Shown in pieces: positions 49,276-60,141 of a stretch of DNA of 64,000 nucleotides (within the stretch, counting starts at the first letter, position 1; each line of letters opens with the position of its first letter). The translations under genes were made by a program, and so were the position numbers. The stretch lies in contig DAOVJY010000002.1 in the NCBI GenBank assembly GCA_030632085.1, positions 13,325 through 77,324 of the forward strand. The letters run 5' to 3'. The notes under the pieces were generated by a model. The model searched no databases, had not been told where the DNA came from, and saw nothing but the letters and a program-made list of their open reading frames with translations. This DNA is from Candidatus Omnitrophota bacterium (GTDB taxonomy: Bacteria > Omnitrophota > Gorgyraeia > JAGLLT01).

Positions 49276-50232
49276 ATGAAGAAGATTGTAATACTTATAC
49301 TGTTAGGCATAGTTTTATTTTATTCCGTTTGCCTTAAGGCTGAGATTGTTGATGGTATAGTAGCGGTGGTAAATAATGAAGTAATTACCCAAACAGAGCT
49401 AAATGATATCCTGCTGCCCGTATATACCCAGTATAAATCTACCTACAGCGATGAAGAGCTTTTAAAAAAAATAGATGAAGCCAAGAAAAATATTCTTTAT
49501 CAGTTAATCGAAGATAGGCTTATTTTGCAGGAAGCTCGGAAGATAGGTATGCCGGCAACGGATGAAGAAGTTAATGAAAGGCTGCAGCAGATTAAGTCAC
49601 AGTTTGCTAATAGCGAAGAGTTTAAAAGTATCCTGGCTTCTCAGGGGTTAACTGTAGCCGATTTAAAAGAAAAATATAAAGAGCAAATCATGATCAAGAA
49701 GATGATTAATAGGGAAGTCCGTTCAAGAGTAAATGTTACTCCTATAGAAGTCGCTCTTTTTTATGAAAAAAATAAAAATGATTTTAATGTTTCGGCTCAA
49801 GCGAAAGTGATGACCATTATGATTCGTAAGAATGAAGAAAGCCCGGAAACCAATAGCGATAGTCTCAAGAAGATTAAAATGATTGAGTTTAAGATAGCGG
49901 AAGGTGAAGATTTTTCTAAATTGGCCAGAGAATATTCTCAAGATCCTTCAGCGGTAGAAGGGGGAGATATGGGATATATTAACAAGGGCCAGATGATGAA
50001 GAAAATTAATGAGGTAATTTTTAGTTTAGAACCCGGTGAAATTTCAGAAACCATAGAAACTCCCGTAGGCTATCATATTTTTAAGATTATTGAGGTTAAA
50101 GAAGCGGGCATTGAAAGTTTTGACGAAGCCAGGCCGCAGATTGAAAATTATCTTTTTCAAGAAAAAGCCAAAGAACGTTTTGATGAATGGATGAACGGTT
50201 TAAAAGAAAATGCCTATATCTCGGTTAAATAA
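49276..50232 (+). CDS. SurA/PrsA-like parvulin peptidyl-prolyl isomerase
   Basis: Signal peptide; IVAVVNNEVIT, FSKLAREYS.D..GGDMG and GYHIFK motifs. Confidence 0.9.
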   Translation: MKKIVILILLGIVLFYSVCLKAEIVDGIVAVVNNEVITQTELNDILLPVYTQYKSTYSDEELLKKIDEAKKNILYQLIEDRLILQEARKIGMPATDEEVNERLQQIKSQFANSEEFKSILASQGLTVADLKEKYKEQIMIKKMINREVRSRVNVTPIEVALFYEKNKNDFNVSAQAKVMTIMIRKNEESPETNSDSLKKIKMIEFKIAEGEDFSKLAREYSQDPSAVEGGDMGYINKGQMMKKINEVIFSLEPGEISETIETPVGYHIFKIIEVKEAGIESFDEARPQIENYLFQEKAKERFDEWMNGLKENAYISVK

Positions 50233-51235
50233 TAAAGTTATTGCTATTACTTCGGGTGACCCGGCGGGTATCGGGCCGGAATTAATATTGAGGAGTTTAT
50301 CCTCCATTAAGGCGAGAGGAATAAAATTCATAATTATCGGTGATAAAATTGTTTTCGATAATGCCGGAAATAAATTAAAAAACAAAATTAGGCATCTGTG
50401 TAAGTATGAAACAGTTAGCAAAAGTGATTTAAAAAATCTAAGAAAAAGTGTTAATCTTTTTGATTTAAATATTATTGGCAAGAAGAAATACTTCCTTGGA
50501 AAAGCCACTAAACTTTGCGGTACAGCCGCGGCTGAATACGTTTTAGAAGCTGATCGGCTAATTAAGGAAAATCTTGTTCACGCCCTGGTAACAGCTCCCA
50601 TAAATAAAAACGCCGTAAATTTAGCCGGATACAATTGGAGGGGGCATACAGAAATTCTAGCCCGGCTTTCCGGAACTAAAAACTTCGCGATGAGTTTTAT
50701 CGCCGGGCAGTTTAAAGTTGTTCTCATGACGACGCACATACCCCTTTCTAAAGTAGCACAAAACCTAAAAAGTACGGATATATGCGAGAAGATTGAACTA
50801 ACCGAAAAATATCTTAAGAAGTATTTTAGAATAAAGAACCCTACTATTGGTGTCTGCGGGCTTAATCCGCACGCTTCAGATAACGGTCTTTTTGGAGATG
50901 AGGAGAAAATGATTATAAAGCCGGCAGTAGCCGCGGCTCGCAGGAAGAAAATAAACGTCCTGGGCCCGACTTCCGCTGAGAAACTTTTTTATGATGCCTA
51001 CAATGGAAAAATTGATGCCTTGATTGCGATGTACCATGATCAAGCCTTGATTGCTTTAAAGATGATTTTACGTGATCAGGCCGTAAATTTAACTCTGGGA
51101 TTACCTTACATAAGGACTTCCTGTTCTTCGGGTACGGCTTATGATATCGCTTCAAAATTCATCGCTAAAGAAACTACGATGACAGCGGCTATAAAATTAG
51201 CTATTGAATTGTCCGCCGCAAATAAGAAGGCATAA
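50210..51235 (+). CDS. pdxA: 4-hydroxythreonine-4-phosphate dehydrogenase
   Basis: GDPAGIGPE, GHTE, NPHA and MYHDQ motifs. Confidence 0.9.
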   Translation: MPISRLNNKVIAITSGDPAGIGPELILRSLSSIKARGIKFIIIGDKIVFDNAGNKLKNKIRHLCKYETVSKSDLKNLRKSVNLFDLNIIGKKKYFLGKATKLCGTAAAEYVLEADRLIKENLVHALVTAPINKNAVNLAGYNWRGHTEILARLSGTKNFAMSFIAGQFKVVLMTTHIPLSKVAQNLKSTDICEKIELTEKYLKKYFRIKNPTIGVCGLNPHASDNGLFGDEEKMIIKPAVAAARRKKINVLGPTSAEKLFYDAYNGKIDALIAMYHDQALIALKMILRDQAVNLTLGLPYIRTSCSSGTAYDIASKFIAKETTMTAAIKLAIELSAANKKA

Positions 51236-51236
51236 T

Positions 51237-52094
51237 ATGGCAGGTCGTAAAGCTACAGTTGATTTACTTAATGAATATAAGATTAGGCCCCGGAAATCAT
51301 TGGGCCAGAATTTTTTAATTGATGATAATATAAACAGATTTATTGTTAAAACTTTACAGCTGCAAAAGAAAGATTTGGTATTGGAAATTGGCGCCGGCTT
51401 AGGTGAGTTGGTGAATCTTATGAAAGACGAAGCCGGTTTAATTCTTGCTCTTGAAATCGACAGAGGCTTGAATGTTCTTCTGAAAGAAAGATTTGAAGCC
51501 GAGAAGACAGTCAGGGTTCTTGATAAAGATATACTTAAATGTAATTTGGACGATTTAATTAAGAAGTATAATTTTAAACAATTAATTGTCGTGGGAAATT
51601 TACCTTACTATATAAGTAGTCCTATAATTTTTCAGCTCATAAAATACCGGCAAGTAATTAAAAAAACAATTATTATGCTTCAAAAAGAGGTAGCTGAACG
51701 CCTGGTAGCCAAGGTGGGCGGAAAAGATTATGGTATATTAAGTTGTTTTTTGAATTATTATGGTGAGCAAAAAATTATTAAAAAAGTCAAAAATAGTTGT
51801 TTTTTTCCAAGACCAAAGGTGGATTCGGCAATAATTGAACTTTCTTTTTACAAGAAACCCTTGATTGAGGTGGAGAACGAGGATTTTTTTAAAAAAATTG
51901 TTAAAACGGCATTTTCCCAACGTAGAAAAACTATAACGAATACGCTTAGCCTGCTTAATAAACCGTCTTTATCTAAGCCGGAGTTATCCTCTATGCTGGA
52001 AGATATGAAAATCAACCCCGCTCACCGGCCCGAGCGGTTATCAGCCGCTGAATTTGCCCGGATAGCTAACCGGCTCTACTCAGCCTGCCTTTAA
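51237..52094 (+). CDS. rsmA: 16S rRNA dimethyltransferase KsgA
   Basis: KSLGQNFL, EIGAG and GNLPYYI motifs; start set to ATG 51237. Confidence 0.95.
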   Translation: MAGRKATVDLLNEYKIRPRKSLGQNFLIDDNINRFIVKTLQLQKKDLVLEIGAGLGELVNLMKDEAGLILALEIDRGLNVLLKERFEAEKTVRVLDKDILKCNLDDLIKKYNFKQLIVVGNLPYYISSPIIFQLIKYRQVIKKTIIMLQKEVAERLVAKVGGKDYGILSCFLNYYGEQKIIKKVKNSCFFPRPKVDSAIIELSFYKKPLIEVENEDFFKKIVKTAFSQRRKTITNTLSLLNKPSLSKPELSSMLEDMKINPAHRPERLSAAEFARIANRLYSACL

Positions 52095-52206
52095 AAGCTT
52101 ATTTTTACCTTCCTTAGCCTATAGAGCTTATTAAAAGCGTATAAAGTATATAGATATTGACTTTATAGAGTTAGTGTGTTATTTTACTAAAAAAAGGTTA
52201 TAAAAT

Positions 52207-52479
52207 ATGGACGTAAAATATGTTGCCGAACTTGCCAAGATTAAATTGACCCCTGAAGAAGCTGAGAAGCTTCAGCTTCAACTGGATAACATTCTATGTT
52301 TCTTTAAGGATTTGGAAAATTTAAATACTGAAAATATTGAACCGCTTAGCCATGTTTTGGATGTTAAGAATGTTTTTAGAGAAGATGTTCCCAGGGATTC
52401 GATTAGTAAGCAGGATATTCTTAATTTAGCTCCCCAAAAAGATGATGATTTCATCAAAGTACCCAAGGTAGTAGGTTAA
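52207..52479 (+). CDS. gatC: Asp/Glu-tRNA amidotransferase subunit C
   Basis: VAELAKI..FREDV..KVPKV; directly upstream of gatA. Confidence 0.93.
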   Translation: MDVKYVAELAKIKLTPEEAEKLQLQLDNILCFFKDLENLNTENIEPLSHVLDVKNVFREDVPRDSISKQDILNLAPQKDDDFIKVPKVVG

Positions 52480-53921
52480 TGGAACTTTATAAACTATCAA
52501 CTGTAGAACTTTCCGAGAAGTTAAAAAATAAAGAGATTGATTCCGCTGTTTTATATACTCGTCTTGTTGAGCGTATAAAGAGTGTTGAAGGTAAAATGAA
52601 CGCCTTCGCGCGCTATTATGAAAAACCCTGCCATTTAATAAAAAATAAAGATAATTACGCGGTTAATAAAGGACTTTACGGCTTGCCTGTAGCTATTAAA
52701 GATAATATTTGCATTAAAGGTAAAGAAACCACTTGTTCTTCAAAAATATTACAGGGCTTTAAAGCACCTTATGATGCTACAGTTATATCCAGGCTTAAAG
52801 GCGCCGGGGCGAGTTTTATTGGCCAGACCAATATGGATGAATTTGCTTTTGGTTCTTCAACGGAAACTTCTTTTTATGGGCCAACCCATAATCCTTGGGA
52901 TTTAGAAAGAGTTCCCGGAGGTTCCAGCGGCGGCTCCGCGGCCGCGGTGGCTGCCGATGAGGCAATAGTTGCCTTGGGCTCTGATACGGGCGGTTCCATC
53001 AGGCAACCGGCTGCCATGTGCGGTATTGTAGGTTTAAAACCCACTTATGGACGCGTTTCCCGATACGGACTTATCGCCTTCGCATCCAGCCTGGATCAGA
53101 TAGGAACTTTAAGTAAAACGGTAGAAGATGCCGCTCTTATTATGAATATTATTTCAGGTAAAGATGAACTTGATTCTACAAGTTGTGACGTAGAAGTGCC
53201 TGATTTCTTAGAAGTTATAAAAGGTGATATTAAAGGCCTTAAAGCGGGTATTCCTAAAGAGTATTTTATTGAAGGCTTGGATGATGAAGTTAAAACGATA
53301 GTTAAAGAAGCTATCGAGACTCTTAAAAAACTGGGCGTGGAAGTTGAGGAAATTTCATTGCCTCACACTAAATACGCGGTTAGTACATATTATCTGATTG
53401 CTCCGGCGGAAGCCAGCTCTAACTTAGCGCGTTTTGACGGTGTGCAGTACGGTATCAGGCAGAGCGCTTCTGACTTGGCGGATATGTATAAAAATACGAG
53501 AGCCGAAGGTTTTGGTCAGGAGGCTATAAGAAGAATAATTCTGGGAACATATTCCTTGAGTAGCGGATATTATGAGGCTTATTATCTTAAAGCACTCAAA
53601 GCTCGAGCGGTTATAGCCAATGATTTTAAGGAAGCTTTTAAGAAAGTTGATTTCATCTTAACTCCGACTGCTCCTACGACCGCTTTTAAGATAAATGAGA
53701 AAATTAATGATTCGCTTCAGATGTATTTGTCTGATATTTATACGATACCGGTTAATTTAGCCGGCATTCCGGCTATGTCGGTTCCTTGCGGATTTGATTC
53801 AAAGAAATTGCCGGTCGGCTTGCAGATAATAACTAAAGCCTTTGATGAAGCAACCATATTTAAAGTAGCCTATAGTTATCAGCAAAATACTTTATGGCAT
53901 AAAGAAAAACCCAAATTATGA
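52479..53921 (+). CDS. gatA: Asp/Glu-tRNA amidotransferase subunit A
   Basis: GGSSGGS and [11 protein letters not shown] amidase signature. Confidence 0.96.
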   Translation: MELYKLSTVELSEKLKNKEIDSAVLYTRLVERIKSVEGKMNAFARYYEKPCHLIKNKDNYAVNKGLYGLPVAIKDNICIKGKETTCSSKILQGFKAPYDATVISRLKGAGASFIGQTNMDEFAFGSSTETSFYGPTHNPWDLERVPGGSSGGSAAAVAADEAIVALGSDTGGSIRQPAAMCGIVGLKPTYGRVSRYGLIAFASSLDQIGTLSKTVEDAALIMNIISGKDELDSTSCDVEVPDFLEVIKGDIKGLKAGIPKEYFIEGLDDEVKTIVKEAIETLKKLGVEVEEISLPHTKYAVSTYYLIAPAEASSNLARFDGVQYGIRQSASDLADMYKNTRAEGFGQEAIRRIILGTYSLSSGYYEAYYLKALKARAVIANDFKEAFKKVDFILTPTAPTTAFKINEKINDSLQMYLSDIYTIPVNLAGIPAMSVPCGFDSKKLPVGLQIITKAFDEATIFKVAYSYQQNTLWHKEKPKL

Positions 53922-55345
53922 AATATAAAACGGTTATCGGACTTGAAGTTCATGTGCAGCTGGCCTCAAAGACTAAAATATTTTGCGGCTGCAGGACCAA
54001 CTTTGGAGCTGAGGCGAATACACAGATTTGCCCTGTTTGTTTAGGGCTTCCCGGTTCTTTGCCTGTTTTCAATAGAAAGGTTTTGGAATTAAGCCTGAAG
54101 GCCGCCATAACTTTAAATTGCACGATAGCTGAGACTATGAAGTTTGATAGGAAGAACTATTTTTATCCCGACTTGCCCAAGGCTTATCAGATCTCTCAAT
54201 TTGATATGCCCTTGGCGGTAAAAGGTTACTTGGATATCGAATTAAATGGTGGGAATAAAAGAATAGAGATTACCAGGGTTCATTTGGAAGAAGATGCCGG
54301 CAAGCTTATTCATACCCAAAAAGAAAGCCTGGTTGATTTTAATCGTTGCGGCACACCGCTGATAGAAATAGTTTCAGAACCGGATTTAAATAATCCCGAA
54401 GAAGCTTACAGCTATCTGAAGAAATTAAAAAGTATTCTTAATTACCTGGAAGTTTCAGACTGCAATATGCAGGAAGGTTCTTTGAGGTGTGATGCCAATA
54501 TTTCTTTAATGCCCCAAGGTAGTAATAAGTTGGGTACTAGAGCGGAAGTTAAAAATTTAAATTCTTTTAAAGCGGTTAAAGACGCCTTAACGTATGAAGT
54601 TACACGCCAACAAGCCGAGCTTGAAGAGGGGCGGAAAATTTTTCAAGAGACAAGATTGTGGGATGATACCGCCAAAAAGACAATTTCTATGCGCTCAAAA
54701 GAAGAAGCGCACGACTACCGCTATTTTCCCGAACCTGACTTGCCGAAATTTTTAATACAAACATCAATGATAAATGATATAAAAAAAAGCTTACCTGAAT
54801 TGGGGCACGAAAAGAAAGATAGGTTTGTAAAAGATTATTCTTTATCCGAATACGACGCTGACATTTTAACATCCTCAAAGGCTATGGCTGAGTATTATGA
54901 AAGGTGCCTTAAGATTCTAAATGAACCTAAAGAGGTGGCTAACTGGTTAATCGGCCCGGTGCTTTCTGAGCTTAAGAATCTTAATGAAGCCTTTGATTCC
55001 ATAAAACTTGATCCGCGAGAATTAATAGAAATGATTAAATTAATAAAAGAAAATAAAGTTAATGTTAACACTGCCAAAGAAGAAATATTACCGGAAATAA
55101 TTGAAAATTATAAAAAGACAGCCGATGTCCTTAAAGAAAAAGATATCTTACAGGTATCTGATGAGGCAGAGTTAAGTGCTTTTATAAAGCAGGTAATTAG
55201 TGAAAACGAAAAATCAATCAACGATTACCAACAAGGCAAAAAAAGTGCTATAATGTATCTAGTGGGACAGGTAATGCGGCTTTCAAAAGGTAAAGCCAAT
55301 CCCAAAAAAGTAAAAGAAATGTTAGAAAAAAAATTGGAGAACTAA
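53918..55345 (+). CDS. gatB: Asp/Glu-tRNA amidotransferase subunit B
   Basis: [17 protein letters not shown] and DYRYFPEPD motifs. Confidence 0.97.
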   Translation: MKYKTVIGLEVHVQLASKTKIFCGCRTNFGAEANTQICPVCLGLPGSLPVFNRKVLELSLKAAITLNCTIAETMKFDRKNYFYPDLPKAYQISQFDMPLAVKGYLDIELNGGNKRIEITRVHLEEDAGKLIHTQKESLVDFNRCGTPLIEIVSEPDLNNPEEAYSYLKKLKSILNYLEVSDCNMQEGSLRCDANISLMPQGSNKLGTRAEVKNLNSFKAVKDALTYEVTRQQAELEEGRKIFQETRLWDDTAKKTISMRSKEEAHDYRYFPEPDLPKFLIQTSMINDIKKSLPELGHEKKDRFVKDYSLSEYDADILTSSKAMAEYYERCLKILNEPKEVANWLIGPVLSELKNLNEAFDSIKLDPRELIEMIKLIKENKVNVNTAKEEILPEIIENYKKTADVLKEKDILQVSDEAELSAFIKQVISENEKSINDYQQGKKSAIMYLVGQVMRLSKGKANPKKVKEMLEKKLEN

Positions 55346-55349
55346 AATC

Positions 55350-56654
55350 ATGCCCAGGCGCAGGTCTATAATTTGGATAGTCATCTTTTCGTTAATATTT
55401 TTTGCAGTAGGGCTTAAGGGAGGTATATGTCTGGATGAAACTCAAAAAACACAAGTTGATGGTAGCCAGGAAGAGCTTTTTAAATGTTTAGAGCTTTTTT
55501 CAGGTGCCATTTCGTTAATTCAATCTAAATATGTTGACGAGGTTGATTCCAGAGAACTTATTTACGGTGCTTTAAAAGGTATGCTTTATTCACTCGACCC
55601 ATACAGTCAATTTTTAGATCCGGACGCGTACAATGACATGCAGGTGCAAACTGAAGGGGAGTTTGGCGGTTTGGGCATAGAGATTGCCATAAAGGATAAT
55701 ATTCTTACGATTATCAGCCCTATTCATGGCACCCCGGCTGAGAGAGCCGGAGTTATGGCGGGAGATAGGATAATTAAAATTGACAACGAAAGTACGGAAT
55801 CGATAACCCTACATGAAGCTGTCAAGAAATTGCGCGGTAAGCCTAAGACAGAAGTGACTCTCAGCGTTTTCAGGGAAAAGACAGGTAAGATATACGATAT
55901 TCCAATAATAAGGGATATTATTAAGATAGACAGCATAAAAGATGTACAGATGGTGGATGAGAAAATAGGTTATATAAGACTGGTTGAATTTCAGGAGAAT
56001 TCACCCGCCGAGTTTAAAAAAGCAATTATAAAGTTGAAAAAAGAAAACATGGATTCTTTGGTACTTGATTTAAGGAATAATCCCGGAGGCCTTTTAGATA
56101 GCGCCGTTCAGATTGCTGATATGCTTTTGCCGGCAGATGTAGTTATCGTTAGCACTAAAGGCAGAGACAGCGAAAAGGGATATGTTTTTAGTTCCAAAGA
56201 AAAATCTTTATTGGCTGATAATCAACCTATCGTTGTTCTAATCAATGAAGGTTCGGCCAGTGGTTCGGAGATTTTAGCCGGCGCCCTACAGGATTATAAT
56301 CGAGCTGTCCTTTTAGGCCAGAAGACATTCGGCAAGGGGTCTGTTCAGAGTGTTATCCCTATGAGCGATGGTTCAGCCGTAAGAATTACCACCAGTAAAT
56401 ATTATCTACCCAGCGGGCGCTCTATTCATGAAGAGGGTGTTAGCCCCGATATAGAAGTGGAAGAAATAACTATGGAGTTAAGCTCTGAAGAAAAATCGAA
56501 ACGCCTTTTTGATGAAATAGAAAAAGAAAACGATGAAGAACTTTCCGCGGAAAAATTGCAAGAATATGATTATCAACTTAAAAGAGCTATAGATTTAATT
56601 AAAGGCTTAAAAGTTTACGGCAAGAGAAATACAGAAATTGAAAAACAAAACTAA
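55350..56654 (+). CDS. S41 C-terminal processing protease (CtpA)
   Basis: PDZ domain; DLRNNPGG, SASGSEI and GKGSVQ motifs. Confidence 0.93.
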   Translation: MPRRRSIIWIVIFSLIFFAVGLKGGICLDETQKTQVDGSQEELFKCLELFSGAISLIQSKYVDEVDSRELIYGALKGMLYSLDPYSQFLDPDAYNDMQVQTEGEFGGLGIEIAIKDNILTIISPIHGTPAERAGVMAGDRIIKIDNESTESITLHEAVKKLRGKPKTEVTLSVFREKTGKIYDIPIIRDIIKIDSIKDVQMVDEKIGYIRLVEFQENSPAEFKKAIIKLKKENMDSLVLDLRNNPGGLLDSAVQIADMLLPADVVIVSTKGRDSEKGYVFSSKEKSLLADNQPIVVLINEGSASGSEILAGALQDYNRAVLLGQKTFGKGSVQSVIPMSDGSAVRITTSKYYLPSGRSIHEEGVSPDIEVEEITMELSSEEKSKRLFDEIEKENDEELSAEKLQEYDYQLKRAIDLIKGLKVYGKRNTEIEKQN

Positions 56655-57429
56655 TAAAATATTTTTTTGGATAATTTTAGTTTGTTTATTGCCTCTTTTT
56701 TTGATAGGTTGCCGGGATAAGCAGCCTGAACAACAGGCAAAGACTAAACAAAAAGAAGAAAAGGTTGAGTTTAAAGCAAGGGTTGCCATTGTAATTGATG
56801 ACTGGGGTTACAGTAAAAAATTATTCAATAAAACAGTTGCGCTGAAAACACCGGTAACTTTTTCCGTTTTGCCAAATTTAGATTATTCTTCTTATATTGC
56901 TTCAAAGGCGCATCTGGCGGGGTATGAAGTTATACTTCATTTGCCTATGGAGTCTTATAGCTTAATTGCCGCAGAGGAAGAATATCTTAAAGCCGGCATG
57001 AGTGACCGGGAAATATCTGATTATTTGGATAAATCTTTAGCAAGCGTGCCTTACGCTGATGGTGTTTCAAATCACCAGGGTTCAAAGGCAACCGAAGATA
57101 AAGAGCTTATGCGGCAGTTTTTTGATATTTTATCCAAGAAGGATTTATTTTTTCTGGATAGCTTTGTAACTTGTAATTCTCACGCTCTGGAAGTTGCTCT
57201 AAGTAAGGGAATTAAAAGTTTAGAACGCGCGGTTTTTCTTGATAATGAAAGCGATTTTGATTACATTAAAGGCCAGTTTAAACAGCTTCAGGAAATAGCT
57301 TTGGAAGAGAGCCGGGCAGTTGGCATTTGTCACGCCAGAAAGGCAACTATTGAAGTCCTGGAAAAACTTATTCCTGAAGCTAAAGAGAATAATATTGAGT
57401 TCGTTTTTTTATCCGAATTATTAAAATAG
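56638..57429 (+). CDS. Divergent polysaccharide deacetylase lipoprotein
   Basis: IVIDDWG, HLPME, NHQGS and FLDN motifs. Confidence 0.9.
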   Translation: MKNKTNKIFFWIILVCLLPLFLIGCRDKQPEQQAKTKQKEEKVEFKARVAIVIDDWGYSKKLFNKTVALKTPVTFSVLPNLDYSSYIASKAHLAGYEVILHLPMESYSLIAAEEEYLKAGMSDREISDYLDKSLASVPYADGVSNHQGSKATEDKELMRQFFDILSKKDLFFLDSFVTCNSHALEVALSKGIKSLERAVFLDNESDFDYIKGQFKQLQEIALEESRAVGICHARKATIEVLEKLIPEAKENNIEFVFLSELLK

Positions 57430-57441
57430 GATAACAAGTTA

Positions 57442-58455
57442 ATGAAAATACTTGGAATTGAAACTTCATGCGATGAGACGGCAGCCGCGGTTGTTTCCAA
57501 TGGTAAAATAGTTCTTTCTAATACGGTTTTATCCAGTCTGGATTTTCATAAGGAGTTCGGTGGAGTCATACCGGAGATTGCCCAGCGTTTTCATATGAAG
57601 TTTATTGATAAGGTGGCTCTCAAGGCGCTTAAGGCAGCTAAAATAAAAACAGACGAACTGGATGCTATAGCTGTTACTTATGGCCCCGGTTTAGTGGGGG
57701 CCTTGTTGGTGGGCGTATCTTTTGCTAAGAGCTTAAGTTATTCATTAAATAAGCCTTTAGTTGGAATTAATCATCTGCAGGCTCATATTTATTCCGTTTT
57801 AATGAGTCATAAAGGAATAAAATTACCTTGTGTGGGGTTAGTGGTTTCCGGGGGGCATACTAACCTGGTTTTAGTGAAAGATTTTTTAAATTACAAAACC
57901 TTGGGCCAGACACAGGATGATGCCGCCGGGGAAGCATTTGATAAGGTGGCCAAGATTTTAGGCCTGGGTTATCCGGGAGGCCCGATAATAAATAAACTAT
58001 CACGGAAAAAAAGAAAAGAAAAAATTTATTTTCCCAGGGCTTATCTTTCTAAAGACTCTTTGGATTTCAGTTTTTCAGGACTTAAAACCGCTGTTTTGTA
58101 TTACAGAAAAAAGATAAGAAATAAAAAGCTGAGCAAGCAGCAGCAGATAGATATCGCGGGTGCTTTTCAGGACGCGGTAGTTGATGTATTAGTTGATAAG
58201 GCGGTTTTAGCCGCGAAAAAATATAAAGTTAAAAATATAGTTGTTGGAGGCGGGGTAAGCCGAAACAGTTCATTGAGGGAGAAGCTAGCGGAAAAAGCCG
58301 CTTTAGAAGGATGTAAGGCTTATTTTCCGTTAGATGTTTATTGTCAGGATAACGCGGCTATGATTGCCGGCTTAGCCTATCATAAAGTAATAAGAAAAGA
58401 AGTTTCTGATTTGGATTTACAGGCCGAAACTTCTTTAGCGATAGATAAAAAATAG
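57442..58455 (+). CDS. tsaD: t6A synthase subunit TsaD
   Basis: GIETSCDET, HLQAH, SGGHT and DNAAMI motifs. Confidence 0.96.
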   Translation: MKILGIETSCDETAAAVVSNGKIVLSNTVLSSLDFHKEFGGVIPEIAQRFHMKFIDKVALKALKAAKIKTDELDAIAVTYGPGLVGALLVGVSFAKSLSYSLNKPLVGINHLQAHIYSVLMSHKGIKLPCVGLVVSGGHTNLVLVKDFLNYKTLGQTQDDAAGEAFDKVAKILGLGYPGGPIINKLSRKKRKEKIYFPRAYLSKDSLDFSFSGLKTAVLYYRKKIRNKKLSKQQQIDIAGAFQDAVVDVLVDKAVLAAKKYKVKNIVVGGGVSRNSSLREKLAEKAALEGCKAYFPLDVYCQDNAAMIAGLAYHKVIRKEVSDLDLQAETSLAIDKK

Positions 58456-58463
58456 GAAATGAG

Positions 58464-59153
58464 GTGATGCTTATGAGTACCTTAGATTATCTTTGCCCAC
58501 TTGTTTTTTCGTTGATTTTATGCGGTTGTATCGGGCTTGAAAGAGAGTCTCACGGTAGAGCGGCCGGACTTAGAACGCACATACTTGTGGGCATAAGTTC
58601 GACTTTGATTGTCTTATCATCTATTTACATGGCCCAATCCCGTACGTATGGCATTGCCATTGATCCGGGCAGGGTAGCGGCCGGAGTTGTAACCGGTATT
58701 GGTTTTATCGGTGCCGGCACAATCATAAGGTTCAGGGCTTCAATTAAGGGGCTTACAACCGCCGCCAGCATATGGGCCGCGGCCGCGGTAGGCCTGGCCA
58801 TTGGTTCCGGATTTTATTTAGGCGCCCTGGTAACTACAGCCTTAATTCTCTTTTCCCTGGTCTTTTTAGGAAAAATTGAGAAAATGTTTATTAAGAAAAC
58901 TTATTATAAAAGTTTAGTTGTCATAAGTTCCGCGGAGGTTGGCAATCTTAAACTGATCAAGCAGGTTCTAGATAGTTATGAAGCTGATATAAAAGATTTT
59001 GAAATTTCCGTATCGAAAAAAAATGAACAGGTAAACCTATGTTTTGATTTAAAAATTGATGATAATATTGAAGAAGAATTGGTTACCGCTGTCGCGAGAA
59101 TTAAAGGTGTTGTTAGCGCCAGCTGGTTTAATAAACAAGAGGAGGTGAATTAA
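58464..59153 (+). CDS. MgtC/SapB family membrane protein
   Basis: GLERE..AAGLRTH and GIGFIGAG motifs. Confidence 0.92.
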   Translation: MMLMSTLDYLCPLVFSLILCGCIGLERESHGRAAGLRTHILVGISSTLIVLSSIYMAQSRTYGIAIDPGRVAAGVVTGIGFIGAGTIIRFRASIKGLTTAASIWAAAAVGLAIGSGFYLGALVTTALILFSLVFLGKIEKMFIKKTYYKSLVVISSAEVGNLKLIKQVLDSYEADIKDFEISVSKKNEQVNLCFDLKIDDNIEEELVTAVARIKGVVSASWFNKQEEVN

Positions 59154-59155
59154 AA

Positions 59156-59698
59156 ATGTTTAAGGGTTCTAGAGAGAACGCCGAAGGCAAAAAATCTAAG
59201 GTCCTCGACGTTGATGCCAGCATGCAAGGGAGCCTTGTTTTCAAAGATGCTGTGGATTTGAAAATTAGCGGTCAATTTGAAGGCAGCCTGGATGTAAAGG
59301 GGAATCTTACCGTTGGGGAAAATGCTTCGGTAAATGCCGAAGTTAAAGGCGAGAATATAACCGTCTCAGGTAAGATAGTCGGTGATATAATTACCAGCTC
59401 TAAACTTACTCTCACCAGAACGGCGAGAATAATAGGGGATATTAAAACGCCGGTTTTAAAAGTAGAAGAAGGGGCTGTTTTGCAGGGGAACTGCCAGATG
59501 ATTTCCAATGAGGAACCGTCAGGTAAAAAAAAAGAAATTCTAAACACTGAGCAGCTCGCGGAATATCTTGAAGTCGAATTTGACGAGGTTGATGAGTGGA
59601 TAAAAAATCGAAAGATACCGGCCTTTAAGGAAAATAACGAATGGAAGTTTGATAAGGCAAAAATTGATGCCTGGGTTGTCTCGGAGAAAATAAAGTAA
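59156..59698 (+). CDS. Bactofilin fused to a C-terminal excisionase-like HTH (HTH_17)
   Basis: Beta-helix repeats ending in GAVLQGNC, then LAEYL..KIPAFK..WKF. Confidence 0.85.
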   Translation: MFKGSRENAEGKKSKVLDVDASMQGSLVFKDAVDLKISGQFEGSLDVKGNLTVGENASVNAEVKGENITVSGKIVGDIITSSKLTLTRTARIIGDIKTPVLKVEEGAVLQGNCQMISNEEPSGKKKEILNTEQLAEYLEVEFDEVDEWIKNRKIPAFKENNEWKFDKAKIDAWVVSEKIK

Positions 59699-59775
59699 TT
59701 AAATTGAGGGCAATTATTAGTAATTAAGCAAAGAAATAGTTAAGCTGATAATAAAAAGAAAAATATAATTAGATT

Positions 59776-60120
59776 ATGTTTGAAGAAAAACTTTTAAGTT
59801 TAAAAGCGGCGGCGGAATATCTAGGTATCACCGAGAAACGCCTCAAAGAACTTTCAGACCACGGAGTTATTCCCGCATATAGGATTGCCGGTTTATATTT
59901 ACGTTTTAAAAAGAGCCAGCTTGGGAAGTTAAAAGGGAAAATGAGTAATATTCAGAATCAGTATTCTCAATATCAGCAGACCAGAAGTTCATTTACCAGA
60001 GATGTAGTCTATACAACCAAGGATAGGTTAAGGGATTTCTGGCATTTTTATGATTTTTACATTATCAGTGTGGTATTGATAGCCGGGATTTTATTTATTA
60101 TTTTTAGACATACTTTATAA
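59776..60120 (+). CDS. Excisionase-like HTH protein with C-terminal transmembrane helix
   Basis: AAEYLGI..G.IPAYRIAG.YLRF; hydrophobic tail. Confidence 0.8.
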   Translation: MFEEKLLSLKAAAEYLGITEKRLKELSDHGVIPAYRIAGLYLRFKKSQLGKLKGKMSNIQNQYSQYQQTRSSFTRDVVYTTKDRLRDFWHFYDFYIISVVLIAGILFIIFRHTL

Positions 60121-60141
60121 AAGGTAAATTTTATACTAACG

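Noticed and set aside
59156-60120. Excisionase-like HTHs as a prophage signal
   Set aside because: No integrase or phage genes; the genes are embedded in a housekeeping run
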